Positions 1 through 10,200 of a DNA stretch of 64,000 nt are shown piece by piece; position 1 is the stretch's first letter; the number at the start of each line of letters is the position of its first letter. A program made the translations under genes and the position numbers. The notes beneath the pieces are model-generated. The model had not been told where the DNA came from, searched no databases, and saw only the letters and a list, made by a program, of their open reading frames with translations. Source of the stretch: Candidatus Iainarchaeum sp. (GTDB lineage: Archaea; Iainarchaeota; Iainarchaeia; Iainarchaeales; JAXPJC01); contig JACPJC010000007.1 in assembly GCA_016187745.1 (NCBI GenBank), positions 35,429-99,428 of the forward strand, written 5' to 3'.

Positions 1-2697
1 GGGAGCGGAAGTCGCTATTATGAGGTCCTTCTCAAACACAACCCTGAAATCCGAAACCATGCGCATCTCAATCATTGCGGCATTTGACTTCTGCGTTGTA
101 AAGTAAAGCGTGCCCGAAACCTTGCTGTTCGGCGCGAAATTCCCGATGTCAAGCCACGGGAACTCATACCCATTAACTGTTCCTGAGCTTGCAATCCCCT
201 CCGAATCGTAAATTATGTAACTGTCAAATAGCAATGACTCCTCGGGATTCTTTATGCGCAGGTTCGCATTGTTGTGGATTTTTGTCTTTGAATTGTTGGT
301 AATTGTGAAGGAAAGCATATAGCGGTTGTAGATTGTTGCCTGGTAGCTCTCAAGCACAGCGCTTGCAATCTCCTCCTTCAAATCCGTAATGCTTGACTCA
401 AAGCAGAAATCATCATCGCACAGCCCCCCTGCGCCAAGCTGATAAATCTGCTGGTATGTGGTGCAGTACAAATCATATGTAGCAACTGTGCATTCCTTGT
501 CCCTTACTGTTGTTCCATCCTTTGCCCACGCCCTGTAATCAATTGTAAGCTTGTCAGTAACTGAGGCGGTGCTCTTTATGAGTATTGTTGCTTCTGCATT
601 GTAAATTCCTGCTTTCGGGCTTGCCAAAGTAGCATTGAACCATTTTGCCTCCGCGCTTGTTATGGAAGCGATATCATTCGAATAGCCGTTCCCGTAGGAA
701 GTGTACTTGAATATTGTTGCATTTGGTATGTTAATTTCCTTTATGAGCAATGAGTCCTTCTCCATTATCAATGCGCTTCCCGTCCTCACATGGATTCCCG
801 CTTCAGTGTAGCTCTTCTCCTCAGGAATGACCAGCTGGAATTTCGCAATGTACTCCTCATCGGAAGCGACGCTTGTTGCTATTTTCTCATTCTTGTAAAG
901 CCCAAGGAACCTTATGCGTGCCTCCCCGCTTATTATGGGTGCTTCCATTTCCACATTGAATGTTTGGACAGTATTTGCAATTACTGATTTTACAGCTGAA
1001 ATGTAATCCGCCTTCTCCTCCTTGCTCACTATCACATACACTTTCTTGTCTGCCTTTGTTGCAAGCCTGTAAGTTCCGTTCGCATCAGTGTAATCGCTCC
1101 CGAACAGCGAATTGTCAAGCGCATCATAAACATCAACCTTTGCAAACGCTATTGCAATTCCCTCAGCATCAGTCACATTCACATTCACAAGCCCATCGCC
1201 CATGACCATCGTGATGTCAAGGCTTATGTCCTCGGCAAGGCGCATGTCAAAGAATTTCGCTTCCGACTTCCCCGAAGCGCTTGACTTGTACGCGAACGCC
1301 TTGTAGTTCCCGTTCTGCACGCGCGTGAAGCTTGCTATTCCGTTTATGTCTGTAACCTGCTCCCCATATCCGGCAAGGAAGCCGGAATCCGCATTGTAGA
1401 GCGCGGCCCTTGCGTTCTGCACGTTTTTTCCGGATTCATTCACCACCTTCACTTTGAGCGTTCCTCCGTTGGCGCCGGTGTATTTCTCAATCTCGGCAAT
1501 GTAAGTTGCGGAGCCCGCATTTATGTTTGCGATTTTTCCAATGAGGTAATCGGGATGGTCAATGACCGCCTTGTAGGTGATTGTGGAATCAGCAACATTG
1601 AACTTGACAATTCCGTTCGCATCGGAAGCGGTAGTAAGGACTTCCACAATGTCATCATTCTCCTTCCGCAATTGCACCTGCGCGCCTGCGACAGCGCTTT
1701 TTGTTGACTTGTCAATTACCTGAATCTGCACAAACCCGGCGATGTTCTTTGAAAGATTGAAATCATAATTTACTGTTGCATTGCTTGCAAGGGAAAGAAG
1801 CCCTGACTCCAATTGCGCATAAACGTTATTGGGGTCGTAAGTTCGCAGCTTGTAGTTTCCCGCATTCAGCGCGAGAATTGCCTGCCCCGAGGAATTTGTT
1901 GTTTCAGTTCCGATTCCCAGGCCCATTTCATTGTATGCCGTTATACGAATTCCCGCAACCGGCGCGTTGAGGTAGGAAACGCCCACATTTATTGTCCCTG
2001 TTGCAACAATCAACGGCTCAAGGTAAATGGGCTGGTCGGCAAACGCATAAGAGTCGATATTCCTGTATGTGTCGCTTTTAACGCTTACATATAATTTCCC
2101 GCAGTTGCTCGGGATCTGCACATCGGCCTCGCCTGTGTATGTGGTTATGCTTCCGATTTGCGGAGCGCGCGCGTTCTCGCACGCAAATGAGAGCTCGGCC
2201 CTTCCCACAATCGGGATTCCTGCGCTCAGGAGCCTTATTTTCTTTGTTGAGAGCTCAGGCGCAACCAGCTGCAGGGTAATTGTCTTGCTCTCCGCTGCCT
2301 TTGAAATTTGGATAGTTGAAGTTGCGGTCTTGTAATTGTCCTTTTTTGCAGTAATTGCCACGCTTGCGCCAATGCTTGTTGTGAAGGATGCGTCCCCGAA
2401 ATCCTTTGTTTCCGCGGTTTTTGTAATCCCTGCATATGTTATTGTAACGCTTGCATTCGGCAATGCGCTTCCTGAATCATCAACGACCTTTACCGCAAGC
2501 GTTGCCTCCTGCGGCAGTATTACCGGGAGCAAAAAGAAATATGCCCCAAGGGCAATAAGCGCAATAAGGATTATGAAAACTATAAAGCTGGGCATTATCT
2601 TGTCTATGCGGTCAACAAGCCCTGCTATGGGTATTACGCCATCAATTTTCTCAACAAGCCTGTAATAGCCGTCTTCCAGTTTCCGGTAAATGCCCAT
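1..2697 (-). CDS. Giant membrane-anchored surface protein, paralog 1 (5' part only, >899 aa, runs off the window edge; CarboxypepD_reg/Ig-like repeats)
   Basis: Absent from the ORF track because no stop lies in the window. I translated it from ATG at 2697: MGIYRKLEDGYYRLVEKIDG...MPSFIVFIILIALIALG (TM), open to base 1. Aligns by eye with 4235..12160 (YIAKFQLVIP..EAGIHVRTG..LIMEKD, YRAWA, LCDDDFCF). Confidence 0.9.
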   Translation of the reverse strand, partial: MGIYRKLEDGYYRLVEKIDGVIPIAGLVDRIDKIMPSFIVFIILIALIALGAYFFLLPVILPQEATLAVKVVDDSGSALPNASVTITYAGITKTAETKDFGDASFTTSIGASVAITAKKDNYKTATSTIQISKAAESKTITLQLVAPELSTKKIRLLSAGIPIVGRAELSFACENARAPQIGSITTYTGEADVQIPSNCGKLYVSVKSDTYRNIDSYAFADQPIYLEPLIVATGTINVGVSYLNAPVAGIRITAYNEMGLGIGTETTNSSGQAILALNAGNYKLRTYDPNNVYAQLESGLLSLASNATVNYDFNLSKNIAGFVQIQVIDKSTKSAVAGAQVQLRKENDDIVEVLTTASDANGIVKFNVADSTITYKAVIDHPDYLIGKIANINAGSATYIAEIEKYTGANGGTLKVKVVNESGKNVQNARAALYNADSGFLAGYGEQVTDINGIASFTRVQNGNYKAFAYKSSASGKSEAKFFDMRLAEDISLDITMVMGDGLVNVNVTDAEGIAIAFAKVDVYDALDNSLFGSDYTDANGTYRLATKADKKVYVIVSKEEKADYISAVKSVIANTVQTFNVEMEAPIISGEARIRFLGLYKNEKIATSVASDEEYIAKFQLVIPEEKSYTEAGIHVRTGSALIMEKDSLLIKEINIPNATIFKYTSYGNGYSNDIASITSAEAKWFNATLASPKAGIYNAEATILIKSTASVTDKLTIDYRAWAKDGTTVRDKECTVATYDLYCTTYQQIYQLGAGGLCDDDFCFESSITDLKEEIASAVLESYQATIYNRYMLSFTITNNSKTKIHNNANLRIKNPEESLLFDSYIIYDSEGIASSGTVNGYEFPWLDIGNFAPNSKVSGTLYFTTQKSNAAMIEMRMVSDFRVVFEKDLIIATSAP

Positions 2698-2807
2698 AGT
2701 TTATCGCTTGATTAATTTATTCATTATACGCTATTAATCTTATGGCTTTCCCTGTATTTAATATTATAGTATAATGGCTGGATATATAAATAAAACCTGA
2801 TTTATTA

Positions 2808-3032
2808 ATGTTTCGGATTGAGGGGGCTCGGGAGCATCCTGTATTGCCCCAAAAACAATATCCAAAAATAGTGTCCGTTTGGGATTTGATCAAATTGCGA
2901 AAGAATAAGCAGAAGAAGCTGGAAAATGCAATGTGTTTAGAATGCAAAGAATTTGCAAATCTCTGCCCCAATTATCTCCCTCTTGTGCGCAATTGCTTAA
3001 CTTTAAATAATGTTTTCAGAGTTTTTCCATAA
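2808..3032 (+). CDS. Small hypothetical protein, possible partner/antitoxin of the downstream PIN gene
   Basis: Its stop overlaps the next ATG (TAATG at 3030-3034). A TATA-like tatataaata lies about 25 nt upstream. Start uncertain. Confidence 0.4.
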   Translation: MFRIEGAREHPVLPQKQYPKIVSVWDLIKLRKNKQKKLENAMCLECKEFANLCPNYLPLVRNCLTLNNVFRVFP

Positions 3033-3529
3033 TGGAGCAAGTCTGGCAGGCTCAGTTCTATCCTGATACAAATTATATTTATGGCGGATTTAAGAAGCTG
3101 GCTATAGAATTGAAGAAGAAGGACAGAAAAAGATTCAAAACTGAAATAAAGGACTTTGAGCAGAGGCAGAAGCTGATTGACAAAGGAATAAAATTCATAA
3201 TCTCAGAATTGACAGAATTTGAAATCAAAAACAGCCTGATGAATGAAGAGGGATTAACCTTCAGCCAAGCCAATCACATATTCCAAAGGAGGATTGTTGA
3301 GTGCCCGATTTATACAAAAATAGCAATAAAGAGCGTCAATCTGGATTATACTTTCATTAATTGGGCGTTGCAGCACAAATTCGGGTTAAATGACGCATTC
3401 CACATACTGATTGCCACAAAGCTGAAACTGATTGTCATAACAAAGGAAAGAAACATTGAAAAATGGCAGAAAGCCTATCATAATGTCTGGAGTGCAGAGC
3501 AATTCCAGGACTATGTCAGAAAGTTATGA
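3032..3529 (+). CDS. PIN-domain (VapC-like) ribonuclease
   Basis: YPDTN N-terminal Asp, SELTEFE, LNDAFHILIA and VITKE acidic PIN motifs; AT-rich gene. Confidence 0.8.
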   Translation: MEQVWQAQFYPDTNYIYGGFKKLAIELKKKDRKRFKTEIKDFEQRQKLIDKGIKFIISELTEFEIKNSLMNEEGLTFSQANHIFQRRIVECPIYTKIAIKSVNLDYTFINWALQHKFGLNDAFHILIATKLKLIVITKERNIEKWQKAYHNVWSAEQFQDYVRKL

Positions 3530-3671
3530 CTCTGTTGGCCAATCTCCTCAGTTCCCTGCTGTTTTTTGCCTTAACTGCGGATTGAAGCCTGTTTGGAAGC
3601 AATTGGCCTGCATGCATAACCCTGACCCTGACGCCATTGAGCGTTATTGTCTGGCTTTTTAGCTTTTCCAT
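3516..3671 (-). CDS. Small basic hypothetical protein (about 51 aa)
   Basis: MEKLKSQTITLNGVRVR... with GTGA Shine-Dalgarno-like element upstream of ATG 3671; fills the gap between genes. Confidence 0.4.
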   Translation of the reverse strand: MEKLKSQTITLNGVRVRVMHAGQLLPNRLQSAVKAKNSRELRRLANRVITF

Positions 3672-3757
3672 ATTTATCACAAATGAGTGCCTTTTAGTAT
3701 ATATTACTTCTTGCTTCAGAATCTTTTTAAATGCAACCCACAGGCGCATTCCCGCTT

Positions 3758-4225
3758 TCAGCCGGCAATCCCTATTATCACAGCGGCAACCAATGAAACC
3801 CCGAACAGCGCAACCATCTCCCTCTTGTGCGCGAAAAAATTCCCCGTTCCCCTGAAATCAGCATACAGATAGCGCCCTGCAACAAGCGCTGCATATGCGG
3901 CAATGAAAAGCGGAATTGCGCCCGCAATTGTTTCAACCGGCGCGCCCAAAAAAGCCTTTCCCTGCATTATCCCGACAAAGAACAGAATCAGCGGCGCGGA
4001 GCTTCCGAAAAACAGCAATGAGAAAATGAAAACGCTTGCCGTAAGAAGCAATAAATTCAGCGCTGGATTTGCGCTCAGTTCCATAAGTGAAAAAACCGCA
4101 ATTGAATTCGCGCCCACAAAAATCCCAAGCGCCCAGCACAAAAGGGAAACAATGAAAACGCCCTGCAGAACCCCAATGCGCAGGTTCAGCTTCTTCCGCC
4201 CCTTCTGCTTGGTTTTTTTAGGCAT
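3758..4225 (-). CDS. Multi-pass membrane protein (SpoIIM-like topology)
   Basis: Basic N-terminus, then 4-5 hydrophobic helices; starts 9 nt after the stop of the giant gene. Confidence 0.7.
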   Translation of the reverse strand: MPKKTKQKGRKKLNLRIGVLQGVFIVSLLCWALGIFVGANSIAVFSLMELSANPALNLLLLTASVFIFSLLFFGSSAPLILFFVGIMQGKAFLGAPVETIAGAIPLFIAAYAALVAGRYLYADFRGTGNFFAHKREMVALFGVSLVAAVIIGIAG

Positions 4226-4234
4226 TGCTTTTCA

Positions 4235-7200
4235 CTAAGAAGTGTGATCCGTATGCCCTGCTGCTTCAACTGCGCTTCCCGTGCCCTTATCAGGATTCCA
4301 GAATATGTCTGCGCTGTTGGCTGTTGTGTTTATGCAGAGCTCCCCGCTGCTTATCTTTTCCGGTATTGCCAATGGATTGAATTTCGCAAGCTCCTCGGTG
4401 CCCAACCCCGTGTTTAACGCAATTTCCTTGGTTCCTGCTTCTTTGGCCCAGTCAATTAGCGTTCCTCCAATGTCTGTAATGTCAGCGCCGCAGAATATCT
4501 GCAGGCTATACGCATATTTCGCAGGCAGATACGCAACAGTCTTGAGGTCTATCTCGCCCTGCATTGTTGCCTTGCTCCAGAGCAATGCGTGGGACATGCT
4601 CGTGCCTGCGCATAGCGCCCCCTGCGATGAATAGATTTCATTTATTGCAGCCCCCTTCGCAAGCGGATTTCCCCCGAAATCCATTCCTGCGGCCGCAACA
4701 ACCCAGTTAAATATGGGCTCCCTTTCGGGAATGCTTATGACTCCTTCCAGGCCTTCTTTTGGCGTTTCCACTAGTGCAGCTATTGCCGTCCCGGATGACA
4801 ATTCATAGAATATCCCCGCGCCCCTGCTTAAATCATTCTTGAATATTGCCAGGTTTATTTTAACTGCAACGCTCGGGCTGTATGTGAATTTGTCATTATC
4901 CCTGTCAATGCTCAATACAACGCCATTTCTCATTGAGCTGTAGCTCTTGTTCTGCACGAGTTTGAAGTGCTCAGCGCCTTTTGTAGTGCCGCTCGGGAGC
5001 GCCCTTATGGATTCAACAACCCCAAGCAGGCTCGAGGATGTACTTTCTGGCGCGGTTTTACCTTTTTTCTCACAATCCTCATTACATGCTGCAAGCACCG
5101 TGGGCTCTGCAGTGGCCCATGTGGTTCCATAGCCGTCCCTGTTTAATATGTCTTTGTCTGTGTCCTTCCCTTCCTTATCCTTCTCCTTTTCAAGGCCGAC
5201 TTCGCCATCTATCGGCATATAGAAGAACAAATTGTTCTGCATTTTCTCACCAAATTTAGAAGATTCAGGCTTTGAAGTGTCTACACTAACAGTTATAAGT
5301 GGGGCATCTGCAGTTATTGCAGGAACATTTGGATCAGCAAACACATACTTTATTTTCACGTCATAAAGCGCTGGCTTATCGACAACAAGCTCCCCGCCAG
5401 AGCCGTTCAATAAATTCCACGTGGTGAAATCCCCAACCAGGCTTGAAAGAAATCCCTTTTTAGTTGCGAATTCTTTGAAATCAGCCTTGAAGTCCGGGGA
5501 ATAGCCATCGCGCATCAGATAGGACTTGAATTCAACATTTTCAGTATGGAAATATTTTCCATCAGCAGCAGCATCAGGCGGCGGATAATAGCCAGCATAC
5601 CCTGCCCCGGAAAGGAAAGTAACAAAGTCATCATTTTCCATGCCGTTCTTCAAAATAGCCTCTATTTGTGGTTTTGTCAAAATCGGCTTGTGCCTTATGC
5701 CCGCAACAAATTTCAGCGCGCCTTTTAACGGGCTGTAAATGTTCACAAGCCATTCCTTGCTTATGAACGTGTGCGTTGCTGAATCCTTCTGCCATGCAGC
5801 CCAATCAATAGGCTTTTGAACTGTAATCCACAAAAATTTCCTTCCAGCATAATCTTTTTTTGCTTGGTCCCAAATAGCAGAATCCAGATCTGAATTAGGG
5901 TCAAGTTGACTAATAACACAGAATTTATAATTCACATTAGTTTCTTTGCCGCAATCATTAGCATATATCGTACCATCAATTTTATCTGCATTTTTAATCG
6001 CATCATAAATCTTCCCGTAAAATACGTAGAAGTCCTCGTAGGTCATTAGCCATTTTCCCGTTACTGAATTTCTTTCGGCACCCAATTCTTCCAATATTGG
6101 CCTGTCAGAATCTGTCAGGCCTTTAATGTTGATTTCAACAACCACATCACTCATATTTTTAGGAGCCGGCAGTTCTGCAGGGTTGCCATAAGCGCTCAAT
6201 GCCTTGACCCCTGTTGTGCCCAAGCCGGCATTTATGCTTTCGGATTTTGCATTGAGCAGTTTCACATTCGTTATGGATTTGGAGTCAGGGCTCTCAAGTA
6301 TGCCCTGCTTACTGTCAACAAAGAACTGATATCTTTCAGTGATACTATTTACTTTGTTGTTCAGGCTTTCAATATAAATTTTTTCTTTAACAAACCTGAA
6401 GAAATTTTCGGAGTCCTTGAGATCGCCAATGGGCTTTCCAATCATCTCTTTGTCTGCAAATTCATAACTATTATCAGGGTAGAGAGAATTAACTTTTTCT
6501 GCCAGCTTCTTGATTTCCCCTGCCTTTTTGTTGAGCGCAATGCTGAATTGGGTTGCATCGCACACAGTGTAATTCTCGCCTGAGCCTTCTTTTTTGTCGC
6601 AGGCATTCTTTAAGATGCTGGCCCAGGTCCACGAATATTTCAGGTGCCTGAACCCGTATTGGTCGTATGCCGCGCTTCCCGTGTTTTCTGAAGTGCATTT
6701 AAGCGCAGCAGCCGGCTTTATGGGGATTGAGACAACATTTTTGCCCTTTATGCAGAGCTTGAAAGGCAGCTCATAGCGCCTTGTTATCCCAAGCGAAGGC
6801 CTTGTGGCCGTAATGCGCAGCTTTTCATCAAATCTTTCAGTTGCGCCGTCCGGCAGCGCGCTTGCATCAACCGTAACCCTTATGTCGTGGCTGTTCTGTA
6901 TTGTTTCAAAATTGACCCTAGTCCCGCGGCTGCCCAGCAATTCTGTTCGCTCAAGCATTATTTTGTCGCTTGTGCCGCAGAGCTTCGGCGATATTCTCAT
7001 CACCCAGTTCTTATTATCAGCAGGGGAATAGCCAAGCAAATAGCCCCCGAACAAGGGCGCTTCTCCCTCAGGCGGATGCACAAGTATTGTTCCTTCCTTG
7101 AACAATCCCGTGTCGGTTACAGAAATGCAGTTGTCCGAGTCGCCTGCAATAATATTCTGCAGGTTGAGCGCATCCTTGTTTATGCACAGGTCCAAATCCA

Positions 7201-10200
7201 CTTTCGGGTCCCCGAAAATATCCTCCTGCGGCAGCGCCCCTGCGGCAAGCCACAGGTCTTCAAGGACAACATTGAATGGGATGCGCTCGCGCGTCCCATA
7301 GCGGGTTATGAACTCAACGCTCATTGTTGCGCGGCTTTCCACGGTGTAGTAGCCGGCAGTAAGCGCATAGCGCAGATTCCCTATCTGCTGTATCGGGTTT
7401 GTGGATGTGAGATTTGCGCCTCCTCCCCTGTACTGCACGTCCTTTATTATTTCAAACTGCAGTATTTCCCTTGTATGGTCCCCTGCGCCTTCAGTGTAGA
7501 TCGCAGTAACGCTTACTTCCTTTGCAAGCCTCAATTGCTCCGGAGCGGGCGTTTTTCCCGGCTCGGCGCTTATCGGAGGGGTTGTATACATTGAGCCCTC
7601 GCTTATTTTTATTGAATCGGCACTGTAAATGAGCCTTACCCCTGAATCATAGCAATCATTGAATACTTTCCCGGAAACGGGCTTTCCAATGAAGCTATTG
7701 AACTTGAATTTCTTCTTGTCAAGCTGGACGCAATCAAACCATGTCTTTGTGAATATGTTGCTCACACTGACCATTAGCGTTGTTATTGTCGTGCTTGCAT
7801 CCTTTGAATCCTTTACGCGCGCTTTCACATCAATCGGATAGTTCCCTACCATGTAAGCCGCCTGCACCTCGCTCTCAAGCTCCTCTCCCGCGGAAAGCGC
7901 AGTTGTTGCCTTATCAACAATGAGCGCAGGGTCTGAGGAAAGCGAAATTTCAACAGCGCTTGAGCAGTTATTGCGCACCGTAAAGGAAGTTTTGCCGCAG
8001 TTGAAGCTTGAGCCATAAGCGCCAATGCCGCCGCCAATTCCGCCATAGCCGCCTGTTCCATAATCGCTTCCGTAGAACGGCTGCTGGTAATTTGAAGAGG
8101 GATAATTGTTTGCATAAAGTTGATCGTAATTTCCAAGCCAGGGCTGCTGGTTCGGTGTGTAGCCCCACTGCTGATAGGGATTATAATTTGCTCCGGAAAA
8201 GCCGCCCATGCCGCTGAATCCAGGCCCGCCGCCACTGCCTCCAAAGCCACCGCCAAATCCAAAGTTTCCATAATTTCCATAGCCCATATTGTACGGGCAG
8301 CTTTCAATTGCAAGCGCAGCGCTCTGTATTACTTCCACGCACTCCTGGAGGTCATTTACCTTTGCATTAACTTTCAGCTGCGTTGAAATTTCCTCATCCC
8401 CGCGCGTGGTTTTGTTTATTGCCTTGAAAATTATATTGTAAGTGGCTTCGCCGCTTGTAACGTCCTCAGGCTCAAATTCTAATTTGATGGTTGCGCTTGC
8501 CCCTGCCTCAATTAAGGGCGCAATTTCAGCATATGTGTTTGTAAGCGAAACATCGCTTGAATCCTCAATGTCAGAGGAAATTTCAAATGTGCCCAAAGCG
8601 TTGTCATTCGCCTGCGTCATTTTTACGGAGAGCTCGCGCAATACTATTCCCTCGCCTCCAACCTCGCAGTTGTTCTGCAGGGCAATGCTCAGCGTCTTGC
8701 TCCCTGTTGATGCGAACAAATCCCATGTGCCCGGGTTTATTGTGAGGCATGAGGAATCATCCGCTTCCGCCCCGAAGCCGATTGTAATATTTACAGGAAC
8801 AGAAATGCGCCATGTTGCGCTCGCATCAGTGCTTTCAAGGCTTATGTCTATGCTTGCGGAAAGCTTTGTTATCTCATCAACGCGCTTCCCCTCATCAGTC
8901 AGGTCAAGTATTATCCCTATATTGAAATCCTCCCCTTTCGGAAGGGCACTGTCCTCGTATGTGTCAGCGAAAGTTATTGTTGCAAGCCCGTCCAAATCGC
9001 CGGAAGCGCTTATTGAGGAAATCATCAGCGGGAGTTCGGTTATGTTGTTGAGGAGCAGTTCCACATCCTTTCTATCCGAACCGGCAATTGTAAGGGTCTC
9101 ATTTATTTTTTCAGGGCTTATTTCAAGTATGTCCTCGCTCACGCCCATTGAAAGCGAATTCTGCTTGTAGTTGGATTTTTCCGCGCGGAATTCAAGGGAA
9201 GTTCCCGAACTTACCGAAGCAAGGGCATATGCGAATATTCCATTGAAATCAGTTGTTCCTGAAGCTAGCGTTGTTCCGTTCTTGAGTATTGTTACAACAG
9301 CATCAGCAAGCGCGCTCCCATCATTGGAATCAGTTACCCTTATGAGCAAATTATTCTGCACAAATGGAACAATAATTTTCGGCAGCACTTCAACGCTCAG
9401 CGCTTTTGCGCCGGCAATATTTATGGAGATTGATTTCTGCATCACCTTCTCATTCCCTGAAATGAGCTCCATTCTCAGCAAAGTGCTTCCCTCCTTTGCG
9501 GTCCTGAAGCCGAGGTTGCCATAGAACTTGCTGTTTGTTGCGGCATCCCCCACATCAATTTCAAGCGAGGCCCCCGTAAGCGTTCCGGGTATTTTAGCCC
9601 CTGTAACGGTCGTAATCTCATATCCCGAAAACCCAAGGCTGCCTGTCTCATTGTAAATTTTGAGTTTGGAACTTGCGAATGTTGTTGAAGCTTTGCTTGT
9701 TATTGTGAATATGAGCTTGTAGTCATTTGAAACCTTCGCGGAATAGGAATCCACGATCGAGGTCTGCAGGTTCCCGGAAGCAATGTCCTCAATTATCAGG
9801 CGGTAGCAGAAAACATCATCGCACAAATTGCTCGGCCCTATTGACAATGGCAGTGAATTCGTCTGCGCATAGAGCGCCTGCTTGCTTCCAGAACTTTCGC
9901 TGCTCCCTAGCGTTGAGTCCGTCGGGAATCTCACATATGCGCCCTTCTTCCCCCAGCCCCTGTACTGCAGTTCAGTAAGGGTTCCGATTGCAATTCCATC
10001 TTTTACAATTATTTCGGCTTCCGCATCGTAAATCCCGTCAGAGGCGTTCTTCCACACGATGTTTGACCATTTCGCATTTCCTGTTGTGAGATGCAATGCA
10101 TCAGTCGCATAATTGTTCGGGGGCGTGTAGGAAGAGCCCTTTGTCATTCCCGAAGTTGAGGCGTAAATATTGCGCAGGTATATGGGATCCTTTTCCATTA

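Noticed and set aside
790-2665. Many short ORFs in the track on both strands
   Set aside because: They are shadows of the long minus-strand frame 1..2697. The same applies to the antisense ORFs inside the other long genes.
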